In this document: one piece after another, positions 23,622-31,601 of the stretch
Position numbering within the stretch: the stretch's first letter is position 1
Layout of the letters: each line of letters starts with the position of its first letter
From: Geobacter sulfurreducens PCA
Lineage (GTDB): Bacteria > Desulfobacterota > Desulfuromonadia > Geobacterales > Geobacteraceae
Assembly (NCBI RefSeq): GCF_000007985.2
Contig: NC_002939.5
Coordinates: 1,110,001-1,142,000 of the forward strand
Direction of reading: 5' to 3'
DNA: 32,000 nucleotides
Translations under genes and position numbers: made by a program
The notes under the pieces: generated by a model
Database searches by the model: none
Seen by the model: the letters and a program-made list of their open reading frames with translations, nothing else
What the model was told of the DNA's origin: nothing

Positions 23622-24506
23622 ATGGAGATTCCCTGCCACCCCGACTCCCGCCCCCTTGCCCTGGCGGACAAGCCGCTGCTGGACGCCCTGTTCACAGAGC
23701 TTCAGCCCCGTGTGTCCGAACTGACGTTCGCCAATCTCTACCTGTTCCGCGGGATTCACGACTACCGCCTCACTCGGCTGGGAGACGCGCTGGTGGTGCT
23801 CGGCCGGGGCTACGGCGGCGAGGCGTACGCCCTGCCGCCCCTCTCCGGCGACGTTACGGGAGCGCTCCGCACACTTCTGGCGGACGGCTTCACCATCTAC
23901 GGGGCCGATGACACCTTTCTGGAACGCCATGGGGCGGATGCAGCCATCACGGTCGAAGAAGACCGTGATGGCTTCGACTACCTCTATCTCCGATCGGATC
24001 TGGCCGATCTCCCCGGTAACCGCTTCCACAAGAAGAAGAACCGGATCAACTATTTTGCCGCGCGTCATCCCTTCGAGGTGCGGGTGTTCGGGCCGGACCA
24101 CCGGCAAGGATGCTTGGCGCTGCTCGACGAGTGGCGCCGGGTGCGCGATGCCGCCGGCAGTACGTCGCTCGACCCGGAAACGGCCGCTGCCGCCGAAGCG
24201 GTGACTCTGTCCGCCGAGTTGGGGCTCGAAGGGGTGGTGATTGCCGTGGAGGGGAGGGTGGGGGCCTTTGCCCTGGGAGAACGGCTCAACCGAGAGACCG
24301 CCGTCTGTCACTTCGAAAAGTCCGACCCCTTCATGGAAGGGATTTCCCAACTGGTGAACCGGGAGTTCTGTCGTCTCTTCACCGACTGCACCTTCGTGAA
24401 CCGCGAGCAGGACCTGGGCGAGCCGGGCCTGCGCACCGCCAAGCTCTCCTACCACCCGGTGGAACTGGTGCGCAAGTTCTGGTTGCGGAAAACCCCGGAA
24501 CCATGA
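23622..24506 (+). CDS. DUF2156 protein (stand-alone homologue of the MprF/LysX C-terminal aminoacyl-transferase domain)
   Basis: ATG 23622 (MEIPCHPDS...) is 13 nt after the upstream stop. SELTFANLYLFRGIHDY and later GNRFHKKKNRINYF are typical of the LPG_synthase_C / DUF2156 family. Its stop overlaps the next start (ATGA). Confidence 0.6.
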   Translation: MEIPCHPDSRPLALADKPLLDALFTELQPRVSELTFANLYLFRGIHDYRLTRLGDALVVLGRGYGGEAYALPPLSGDVTGALRTLLADGFTIYGADDTFLERHGADAAITVEEDRDGFDYLYLRSDLADLPGNRFHKKKNRINYFAARHPFEVRVFGPDHRQGCLALLDEWRRVRDAAGSTSLDPETAAAAEAVTLSAELGLEGVVIAVEGRVGAFALGERLNRETAVCHFEKSDPFMEGISQLVNREFCRLFTDCTFVNREQDLGEPGLRTAKLSYHPVELVRKFWLRKTPEP

Positions 24507-25585
24507 ACGATCAGGTCCGCCTCCACTACGAAACCTGGGTCTACCCCCGCTATCCGCTCGCTGCTTCGGTGCGGCGGAGCGACACCTATGCCCTGAGTCT
24601 CGACGCTCTCTATGCCCGCTTCAACGGCACGCTGCCGCCGGCTGCGGCCCGCCGTATCCTCCTTGCCGGCTGCGGCAGTTTTTCCCCCTACCCCACGGCG
24701 GTGGCAAACCCCGGCGTACCGGTCACCGCCCTGGACCTCTCCGCCGCCAACCTCAGGCGGGCCCGGCTCCATGCCTGGATGCACGGCAGGTTCGGCATTT
24801 CCTTCGAACAGGGAGACCTGATGGACCCGGCCGCGGCCCAAGGAGAGTACGGCTTCATCGATTCCTTCGGCGTTATCCACCACCTTGCCGACCCTCTGGC
24901 GGGACTGCGGGCCCTGGAGCGGCGGCTGGCGCCGGGGGGGATCCTCCGGCTCATGGTCTACAGCCGGGGCGCGCGACGGGTGGTGGAGTCGGCCCGCCGG
25001 GCCCTGCGATTCGCCGGCGTGCGGGACGTGGCGCGGCTCAAGGATCTTCTGCGCCGTTCGCCGCCGGGGTCGAGGCTCAGCCATGCCGTGGAGGCCTCGG
25101 GCGAAGGGGGAGGGGACGCGGGGCTTGCCGACGCCCTGCTTCATCCCCGCGCCCGCATCTTCAGCATTGACGAGCTTATGGCCATGGTGGGGGAAACCGG
25201 TCTTGTTCCGCTCCGTTTCGCCCATTCCCGGGCCCTTGCCGAGCCGGGGGCCGAGGTGGTGCGTCTGCGCGGGCTAGAGCAGGCCGGTGAACCGGTGCCC
25301 AACTTCGTACTCTACCTGGGGCGCGAGCCCCGGGGCGGCTGCGGCCTCGCCCCGGACGCGCTCCTGATGCTCAATCCGGCCCTCCGGCACGATGTGGGCG
25401 TTCTCCGTCTCGCGCCGCTGGCCGTACCTCCCCGTCTCGGCCTCAAGAATCCCGTGCTCGGCTTTGCCGATCGGCGGTTTTTGAGGCGCTTCAGCACACC
25501 GCTGCCGGTGAGCGCGTTGACTCCGACAGACCGGGAGCGTGTTGGCCCCTTCCTCGATGCTCTGTTCGTCATCCCGTTCCGGTAG
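24503..25585 (+). CDS. Class I SAM-dependent methyltransferase with extra C-terminal region
   Basis: ATG 24503 (MNDQVRLHYETWVYPRYP) overlaps the DUF2156 stop by 4 nt. Motif I RILLAGCGSFSPY. Acidic loop ALDLS. Motif post-II/III GGILRLMVYS. The ORF-track start 24110 lies inside the previous gene in another frame. Confidence 0.75.
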   Translation: MNDQVRLHYETWVYPRYPLAASVRRSDTYALSLDALYARFNGTLPPAAARRILLAGCGSFSPYPTAVANPGVPVTALDLSAANLRRARLHAWMHGRFGISFEQGDLMDPAAAQGEYGFIDSFGVIHHLADPLAGLRALERRLAPGGILRLMVYSRGARRVVESARRALRFAGVRDVARLKDLLRRSPPGSRLSHAVEASGEGGGDAGLADALLHPRARIFSIDELMAMVGETGLVPLRFAHSRALAEPGAEVVRLRGLEQAGEPVPNFVLYLGREPRGGCGLAPDALLMLNPALRHDVGVLRLAPLAVPPRLGLKNPVLGFADRRFLRRFSTPLPVSALTPTDRERVGPFLDALFVIPFR

Positions 25586-25599
25586 CGGCTCCTTAACAG

Positions 25600-25628
25600 T
25601 TGACACGGACAGCGCGGGCAGGTATGTA
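25600..25628 (+). promoter_or_regulatory. Sigma-70-like promoter candidate for ychJ
   Basis: TTGACA (25600-25605) - 17 nt - TATGTA (25623-25628), with TGTAAT 2 nt further on. About 70 nt upstream of ATG 25696. Confidence 0.4.
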
Positions 25629-25695
25629 ATGGCTTTCAGAAGGCCCCCCGAGCCCATGGCAACGGGGCCGATTTACACGCTACAAGGAGCCACCC

Positions 25696-26181
25696 ATGAC
25701 CAACCTTTGTCCCTGCGGTACCGGCAAAAGCTTCGGCGAGTGCTGTGAGCCCCTCGTCACAGGCGCGCGCGCAGCTCTCACCGCCGAAGAGCTGATGCGT
25801 TCGCGCTACACCGCTTATACCCGTGCGGAGATAGGCTATATCCACGACACCACACATCCGGACCACCGGGCCGATTTCGACGAGAAGGGAACCCGCGAGT
25901 GGGCCGAATCATCCCAGTGGGAGGGGCTCGAAATCCTTGCCACTGCCGGCGGAGGACCCGCCGACACCGAGGGACGGGTTGAGTTCATCGCCCGTTACCG
26001 CGACACCGGAGGGCGCCGCACCCACCATGAACTGGCCGAGTTCCGCAAGGTCGATGATGCCTGGTATTTTACCGACGGCTATGGGATCAAGCCCCAGCCC
26101 GCCGTGAGCACTAAGATCGGGCGCAATGATCCGTGCACCTGCGGTAGCGGCAAGAAGTACAAAAAGTGTTGCGGCGCCTGA
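25696..26181 (+). CDS. ychJ: YchJ family protein (UPF0225) with SEC-C metal-binding motifs at both ends
   Basis: AAGGAG SD. N-terminal [13 protein letters not shown] and C-terminal [20 protein letters not shown] motifs flank an NTF2-like core ([23 protein letters not shown]). Confidence 0.88.
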   Translation: MTNLCPCGTGKSFGECCEPLVTGARAALTAEELMRSRYTAYTRAEIGYIHDTTHPDHRADFDEKGTREWAESSQWEGLEILATAGGGPADTEGRVEFIARYRDTGGRRTHHELAEFRKVDDAWYFTDGYGIKPQPAVSTKIGRNDPCTCGSGKKYKKCCGA

Positions 26182-26203
26182 CCTTGTTCGCCGTCTGACC
26201 GTG

Positions 26204-26238
26204 ACCGCGGCGCCCTTTCGGCGCCGCGGTTCGTTTTT
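26204..26238 (+). terminator. Rho-independent terminator after ychJ (in the convergent gap with the MBL hydrolase)
   Basis: 11-bp stem ACCGCGGCGCC (26204-26214) / GGCGCCGCGGT (26220-26230), loop CTTTC, then TCGTTTTT. Confidence 0.85.
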
Positions 26239-26249
26239 CCGCTCCGCCG

Positions 26250-27260
26250 TCACCCCCTGAAGGCCCGCTCCACTTCATCCCGCAGTAGCGATTCCCTTCC
26301 CATGTAACGGGGGGAAAAGTGGAACGGGACCACCCGCGCAACGCCCGCATCCCTGCCCAGTTCGCCTGCAATGCGGGCGGTCAGATGACATCGGTCGCCG
26401 GCGCGCTCCCGCTCTTCATCCAGGAAGGGGGCCTCTATGAAGAGGTAATCGGCACCGGCCGCCAGCTCCACGATGAGACGCCGGTTTTCCGGGGTCGGTG
26501 CTGCGTCCGTGACGTAGACAATTTTCTGTCCGGCCACGGTTTTGGTAAAACGCTCCCGCAGTTCGCCGAGAGGGAACCACGCCTCGCATTCTTTTCCACC
26601 GTCCCGCCACCATGCCCTGAAGGGCTCCCCGTCGTCCCTGCCGCCCAGGATTGCCCGTTTGAGTTCCGCCAGCCACGCCCCAGTCGGTAATCCCGCCTCC
26701 CGCAGGCGGTTCTTGAGAATGTGCACGTGGTTTTTTTCTTCCAGGGCAAAGGCGAGGCAGGGGATGCCGTGATCGAGGAAGACGCTTCTGACGCGGAATG
26801 CCTCTTCATCCAGAAGCACTCCGCCGGCGGCGCGATCCCGCCGCTCGTTGTCCCTCGAAAACGCGGCAAGGCAATGAAACTCCGCGCTGTGAACGCTTCC
26901 GTCCGGATGAAGCTCGGCGGCAGCGAGGGTGAAGTCGGTGGGGAAGGTTTCCACCAGGTTCCAGGTGTATCCCGCCAGTCGGGCGGCCACTTGGTCGACG
27001 AATCCGGGCGGCCCGAGCAGGTGAAGCCGTTTTTCCCGGCCGAGGCAGAGCCTTACCACCCGGTCGAAGCCTATGAAGTGGTCCACATGGGTGTGGGAGA
27101 CGAAGATGTGGGAGAGACGGAGCACCTTCCTGGGCGGCAGCGGAGCCGTGTCGCCCAGGTCAAACAGGACCGCCCGCCGCTCGAACAGAAAATCGACGTA
27201 GAGTCCCGGATCATCGAAAGGGCCGTTCACGAGATGAGGGTGAAAGAGTGGCGGCATCAT
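26250..27260 (-). CDS. MBL-fold metallo-hydrolase (RNase Z / ElaC-like)
   Basis: Start taken at ATG 27260, 3 nt after GGGAGG (MMPPLFHPHLVNGPFDDPGLYVDF). Metallo-beta-lactamase motif VSHTHVDHFIGFD. Later conserved Asp and His residues (FLDHGIP, VTDAAP, PFHFSPRY). Confidence 0.8.
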   Translation of the reverse strand: MMPPLFHPHLVNGPFDDPGLYVDFLFERRAVLFDLGDTAPLPPRKVLRLSHIFVSHTHVDHFIGFDRVVRLCLGREKRLHLLGPPGFVDQVAARLAGYTWNLVETFPTDFTLAAAELHPDGSVHSAEFHCLAAFSRDNERRDRAAGGVLLDEEAFRVRSVFLDHGIPCLAFALEEKNHVHILKNRLREAGLPTGAWLAELKRAILGGRDDGEPFRAWWRDGGKECEAWFPLGELRERFTKTVAGQKIVYVTDAAPTPENRRLIVELAAGADYLFIEAPFLDEERERAGDRCHLTARIAGELGRDAGVARVVPFHFSPRYMGRESLLRDEVERAFRG

Positions 27261-27429
27261 CAGCCTCCCGTGGCCTTTTGCTGGCAAGTGTATCGCGTCT
27301 TGAGTTGTGGGTATTGTCTTTGCATTAAAAAATTAACGTATTTTGATTTTTGATTGTATGGTGGCGCAACTGGCGGAATGTTAATGTAGTTTTAGAGATG
27401 ACTCCCCGCAGGGACGCGAGGTCTTATCC

Positions 27430-28788
27430 GTGAAAACAATGAGTGACCCGCCTAAAAACGGTATTGAATCGATCATCGTCACGACCCTCGTGGCGCTTAC
27501 GGCCTTCTGGTTCGCCGACACGGTGATCGATGCCGTCATTCCCCAGATGGGATGTGAATGCGGCCTCCTTCACGCTCCGACCGTGCGTGCCTCTCTGTTC
27601 CACCTGATCCCCCTCATTGCGCAACTGCTGCTCATTTTCTTCGTCCGCAGACTGTTCAGGGAGCGCCGGCTGCTGGTCCGGAAGCTGGAAGCGGCGGTGG
27701 CCACTACCCTGGATGAAAAGGCCAGGACCGATGCCGTCATTGCCGCGGTCGGCGACGGAGTCTGCATGCTCGACCGGGGTTTCCGCATCGTCTACCAGAA
27801 CCGGGCCCATGAGCGCCTGCTCGGCGAGCACGGTGGAGAACGCTGCTCCGACGCATACGGCGAAGACCCGGATGCCTGCCGTGACTGTCCCATGGCCCGC
27901 GCCATGGATACGGGCGAGGTATGCACGGGAAGCCGCCGGTTCATCAGCAAGGGGGAGACGCGTCTTCTGGAGATCACCTCCTCGCCGGTGCGCAATGCCG
28001 CCGGTGAAATCGTCGCCGGCGTCGAGGTGGTTCGCGATGTGACCGAGCGCAGGCGCAGCGAGGAGGAAATCAAGTCCCTCAATGCCGCCTTGGAGCGCCG
28101 CGCCAGGGATCTGGCAGCCAATAACCGGGAGTTGGAGGCGTTCAGCCATTCTCTCTCCCACGATCTGAGCGCCCCGCTCGCCAAGATATCCTGCGCTGTT
28201 GAGACGCTGCGGGAAACCTACGGCGAGCAAATGGGCGACGACGGTCGGTTCCTGTTGTCGTGTATCTGCGAAGGGAGTTCCCAGATGGATGACCTCATGG
28301 AAGCCCTCCTTGCCTTGAACCAGGTTTCGCGAAAAGACCTCCGCCGTGAAAAAGTCGACATGGGAGCACTAGTCAGCCAGCTCGCTCTGGACCTGCGCCG
28401 GTCGGAGCCGGCCCGCCGGATCGATTTTGTCATTGCCCCCGATCTGACGGCCGAGGGGGACCCCTCAATGCTCCGTGTGGCCTTGCAGAACCTGCTGTCC
28501 AATGCCTGGAAATTCACCCGGAACGTGGATGGCGGCCGGATAGAATTCGGCTCCGTTGACCGCAACGGCGAACGAGTCTTTTATCTTCGCGACAATGGCG
28601 CCGGTTTTGACATGAGGCAAGTGGGACGGATATTCGAGGTGTTCCAGCGGCTCCACGACGAGAGCCTGTTCCCGGGCACCGGAGTGGGGCTCGCCACCGT
28701 ACAACGGGTCATCGAGCGGCACGGCGGCACCGTTACCGCCCACGGCGTGCCGGGCCATGGGGCAACCTTCACCTTCACCCTGCCGTAG
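27430..28788 (+). CDS. Sensor histidine kinase: 2 TM, Cys-rich PAS, coiled coil, HisKA, HATPase_c
   Basis: GTG 27430 (alternative ATG 27439). TM helices IIVTTLVALTAFWFA and LFHLIPLIAQLLLIFFV. PAS: VGDGVCMLDRGFRIVYQNRAHERLLG, with C-x10-C-x2-C-x11-C (GERCSDAYGEDPDACRDCPMARAMDTGEVCTG). H-box FSHSLSHDLSAPLAKI. G-boxes DNGAGFD and GTGVGLATVQRVIERHGG. Confidence 0.88.
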   Translation: MKTMSDPPKNGIESIIVTTLVALTAFWFADTVIDAVIPQMGCECGLLHAPTVRASLFHLIPLIAQLLLIFFVRRLFRERRLLVRKLEAAVATTLDEKARTDAVIAAVGDGVCMLDRGFRIVYQNRAHERLLGEHGGERCSDAYGEDPDACRDCPMARAMDTGEVCTGSRRFISKGETRLLEITSSPVRNAAGEIVAGVEVVRDVTERRRSEEEIKSLNAALERRARDLAANNRELEAFSHSLSHDLSAPLAKISCAVETLRETYGEQMGDDGRFLLSCICEGSSQMDDLMEALLALNQVSRKDLRREKVDMGALVSQLALDLRRSEPARRIDFVIAPDLTAEGDPSMLRVALQNLLSNAWKFTRNVDGGRIEFGSVDRNGERVFYLRDNGAGFDMRQVGRIFEVFQRLHDESLFPGTGVGLATVQRVIERHGGTVTAHGVPGHGATFTFTLP

Positions 28789-28967
28789 CCGGCGTTCCCT
28801 TGTCCGGGCGAGACGACGGACGCCCGGCCCTCCGATCGCCTGCATTTTGTGTGTGCAAATGTGGCGGTTGTGGTAGTTTTACTTTACCACATCGGGTTTC
28901 TGCTGGTGTAAACCTGCCCAGGACTTCTACATAACATCGGATCCGGGTTGATGCGAAAGGATGGGGC

Positions 28968-29309
28968 ATGGTTGAGAAACGGAAGACGGGGAGGTCAAAA
29001 AAACGCCTGTCGCTCAGGTTCGGAACCGATACCCCCAGTCGGCTCGCCTTCACTGAAGATGTCTCGCCCCGCGGCCTCTTCATCAAGACCACCAACCTCT
29101 GCCCGCCGGGCACCCTCATCCAGATCGAACTGGAGCTGCCCGATAGCGAGCCGGTCTTTCTGGAAGGGATGGTCAGGTGGTCCAAAAAGGTCCCCCCCCA
29201 GGTCATCCATCTCGTCAGGAAGAGCGGGATGGGCATCAAGATTACCCAGTTCATCGCCGGCGAGGAGCGCTACCGGCGCTTTATTGACGAACTGCGCCGC
29301 ACTCCGTAG
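28968..29309 (+). CDS. Stand-alone PilZ domain protein (c-di-GMP receptor)
   Basis: ATG 28968 follows AAGGA. Both halves of the canonical PilZ c-di-GMP motif are present: RxxxR (RLSLR) and D-x-S-x-x-G (DVSPRG). 113 aa. Confidence 0.85.
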   Translation: MVEKRKTGRSKKRLSLRFGTDTPSRLAFTEDVSPRGLFIKTTNLCPPGTLIQIELELPDSEPVFLEGMVRWSKKVPPQVIHLVRKSGMGIKITQFIAGEERYRRFIDELRRTP

Positions 29310-29329
29310 CCATATTCGTCGATGCAAAA

Positions 29330-30238
29330 CTACAGCGCAGGACATCGGCTGCGTTGCGCGGCGCTCATACCCTCGCCCTTATCCTCTCCTTCTTCGATGA
29401 ATTCCCTCATCAGTTCGTAGGTCCGGAGCGGCTGCTCCTCGTGGGGATTGTGGCCGCAGGCACCAATGACAGCCAGCCGCGCCGACGGCAGGGCGTCAAC
29501 CAGGCGGCGGCCCTGAGTCGGCCGGACGATGCGGTCGTTTTCTCCCCAGATGATGAGGGTGCGGATGGCTATCTCTCCATACCGCTGAATGACGGCTGAG
29601 ACGTCGGTCCGTGAAAGCTCCCGCACGGTCCGGATCAGCACCCGCGCTATCCCCCTTCTGCCGAAGCAGGTTTCGTAACGCCGGATGCGTTCCGCCGTGA
29701 TGGCGGTGGGGTCTTCGAATACCGCGCGGAGGGTAGACTTGACGATCAGGCGTACCGGGATCAGGGCCATGCCGAGCCGGGCGAGCACCGGCACCCCGAG
29801 CAGTCGCATGAAACGGGGAAGCCGCTGGGGGTAGGCGGCACAGTCCAGGAGAATCAGCCTGTCGATCAGTCCGTCGTCACCCCGTTCGTTGGCGCGGAGG
29901 GCCGCCAGCAGTGCGATGCCGCCGCCGAGGGAATGCCCCGCGAGCACGACCTGCCGAAGGCCCTGTGTCTGTATGAAGGCCGTGACTACGGCGGCCTGTT
30001 CTGCCAGAGAATACGAACCGCGCCGCGGCTTGGACGAAAAACCGAATCCCTTCAGGTCGATCAGGTAAAGGGTGAAACGGCCAGGGGAGAAGAGGGGGAC
30101 CAGATCGTCCCATGTGGTCAGGGCCGCGGCAAAACCGTGGATAAAGACCACGCTCACCGGGCCACAGCCGTGGATACGATAGTGAATGCTGGTGTCGGGG
30201 GAATAGGCGAAGAAGGAACCGGACGAAGTGCTGCCCAT
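29330..30238 (-). CDS. Alpha/beta-fold hydrolase
   Basis: HGFAAALTTWDDL oxyanion region. Nucleophile elbow GHSLGG. C-terminal GACGHNPHEEQP supplies the catalytic His. It starts 9 nt after the upstream PAS gene stop, so both are in the same operon. Confidence 0.85.
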   Translation of the reverse strand: MGSTSSGSFFAYSPDTSIHYRIHGCGPVSVVFIHGFAAALTTWDDLVPLFSPGRFTLYLIDLKGFGFSSKPRRGSYSLAEQAAVVTAFIQTQGLRQVVLAGHSLGGGIALLAALRANERGDDGLIDRLILLDCAAYPQRLPRFMRLLGVPVLARLGMALIPVRLIVKSTLRAVFEDPTAITAERIRRYETCFGRRGIARVLIRTVRELSRTDVSAVIQRYGEIAIRTLIIWGENDRIVRPTQGRRLVDALPSARLAVIGACGHNPHEEQPLRTYELMREFIEEGEDKGEGMSAAQRSRCPAL

Positions 30239-30247
30239 GGTCGCGGA

Positions 30248-31309
30248 TCAGCCGGCGCGCTGGCCGCCGGCCCGGCTCTCCTTGTCGGGGCCGGCGGTGG
30301 CGTTGTCCTGGCCGACGCCGGACATGATGTGGAAAATGCCGCAGGTGGCATAGGGTTTCCCGTCCCGGAAATTGCACGATACGGAGCCGGTGACCGGTAC
30401 GATCCGGCCGTGTTTTGTTACGAACGAGAAGGAGACCGGCCCTGAACGCGCGCCGGCCAGCAGTCTCATGAATATCTCGCGGCAATGATCCACGGACTCA
30501 GGATGAATGACGTCGAAGATTGAGAGCGTGGCGAGATCGTCGTCAGTGTAGCCCAGAGTGGTACGCCATGCCCGGTTCACATAGTTGATTGAACCGTCGA
30601 TGGCTATGCTCTGGAACAAGTCGCTGGCATTGTCGAGGATCAGGTCATACATCCCCTCGCGTTCGCGGAGCGTATCGAGCACCCGCTTCTCCTCGGTAAT
30701 GTCCGTGTAGAAGAGAACCACGTGGGTGATGTCGCCGAAGCGGTTCTTGATGGGGGCGCCGTGGACGTTGAACCATCTCCCGACGCGGCCGCACTCGCTG
30801 CGCCGCTCGGCGCGTTTCGAGGCTATGATGCTCGTGAAAATGCAGCCTTCGGGATATTTCGTGCGGCAGATGATTTCGTCGCAGGTCTTCCCGATGGGGT
30901 TGCCGTCGTAGGCGAATATTTTCCGGGCCTGGGAGTTGCTCGCCTGGATGTTCATCGAGGTGTCCAGCACGAAAATGGCGGCGTCGGAACAGTCGAAGAT
31001 TCCCTGGATCTCGTCATGGGCCAGCTTCAGCTCGGCATTCACCTCTTTCATGTGCTCAAGAATCTGTTCGAAGGAATCGCAGACGATGCCGATGGGATCC
31101 ACTTCCAGCAGGCTGCGGTCGTCAAGCTCTTCGTGGCGCAGGGGGAGGGTACCGATGGTGGTCAGCAGGTGGTTCGTCTTCTCCCGGATATAGGCGATAG
31201 CCTTGCGCTCCCGCTCGGCCAGTTCCTCGTTTTCCCTGCGGAGCCGGCGTATCTCGTCCCTGCCGGACAGATTGCCGAAAAATGATTTCAACGTATCAAT
31301 GAGGCCCAT
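30248..31309 (-). CDS. PAS-only signalling protein: N-terminal coiled coil plus two PAS domains, no output domain, Cys-rich first PAS
   Basis: Coiled coil: RDEIRRLRRENEELAERERKAIAYIREK. PAS1: IFDCSDAAIFVLDTSMNIQASNSQARKIF, with C-x4-C-x7-C-x16-C (GKTCDEIICRTKYPEGC...SECG). PAS2: LILDNASDLFQSIAIDGSINYVNRAWRTTLGY. It ends in a low-complexity tail. Its start overlaps the TusA-like gene by 14 nt. Confidence 0.8.
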   Translation of the reverse strand: MGLIDTLKSFFGNLSGRDEIRRLRRENEELAERERKAIAYIREKTNHLLTTIGTLPLRHEELDDRSLLEVDPIGIVCDSFEQILEHMKEVNAELKLAHDEIQGIFDCSDAAIFVLDTSMNIQASNSQARKIFAYDGNPIGKTCDEIICRTKYPEGCIFTSIIASKRAERRSECGRVGRWFNVHGAPIKNRFGDITHVVLFYTDITEEKRVLDTLREREGMYDLILDNASDLFQSIAIDGSINYVNRAWRTTLGYTDDDLATLSIFDVIHPESVDHCREIFMRLLAGARSGPVSFSFVTKHGRIVPVTGSVSCNFRDGKPYATCGIFHIMSGVGQDNATAGPDKESRAGGQRAG

Positions 31310-31553
31310 CGCTTCCGCCCGCCTGTGAGATCGTCAGCACGTAGTATCCGTTCCGTTTTTCCACCTGGCCCCCATATCCCATGTTGCGCACCGTTTCCGG
31401 GATCGTGATGGTTGCATCCCGATTGTCGGTCAGGAACACGAGCACGCAGTTCCCGTTTTTGAGGCTGGTGCGGTGGCGGTTGATTTCCTTCAGCGCAGTC
31501 AGCAGCGTGGAGGGGCAGATCTGGCCGCGGATGTCGAATTCAATGGTTTCCAT
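31296..31553 (-). CDS. TusA/YeeD/SirA-like sulfur-carrier protein
   Basis: 85 aa. N-terminus METIEFDIRGQICPSTLLTALKEI matches the TusA-family pattern (D-x-x-G-x-x-CP-x-x-x-L) with the active Cys. SD AGAGG is 8 nt upstream. Confidence 0.8.
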   Translation of the reverse strand: METIEFDIRGQICPSTLLTALKEINRHRTSLKNGNCVLVFLTDNRDATITIPETVRNMGYGGQVEKRNGYYVLTISQAGGSDGPH

Positions 31554-31601
31554 GACATCAACCTCTGTCGCGAGATGGTCCCCAAGCCCGTCCGGGCCCG
31601 G

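Noticed and set aside
24110-24502. Upstream extension of the methyltransferase ORF, overlapping the DUF2156 gene in another frame
   Set aside because: The translation is Arg/Gly-rich junk. ATG 24503 forms a classical ATGA stop-start overlap with the preceding gene and begins a sensible N-terminus.
28904-28918. Sigma-54-like element TGGTGT-N5-TGC upstream of the PilZ gene. Similar near-misses occur at 22186-22199 (GGCAC-N4-TGC) and 27358-27374.
   Set aside because: The GG to GC spacing is off by one or more nucleotides from the strict GG-N10-GC requirement, and the -24 hexamer is a poor match.
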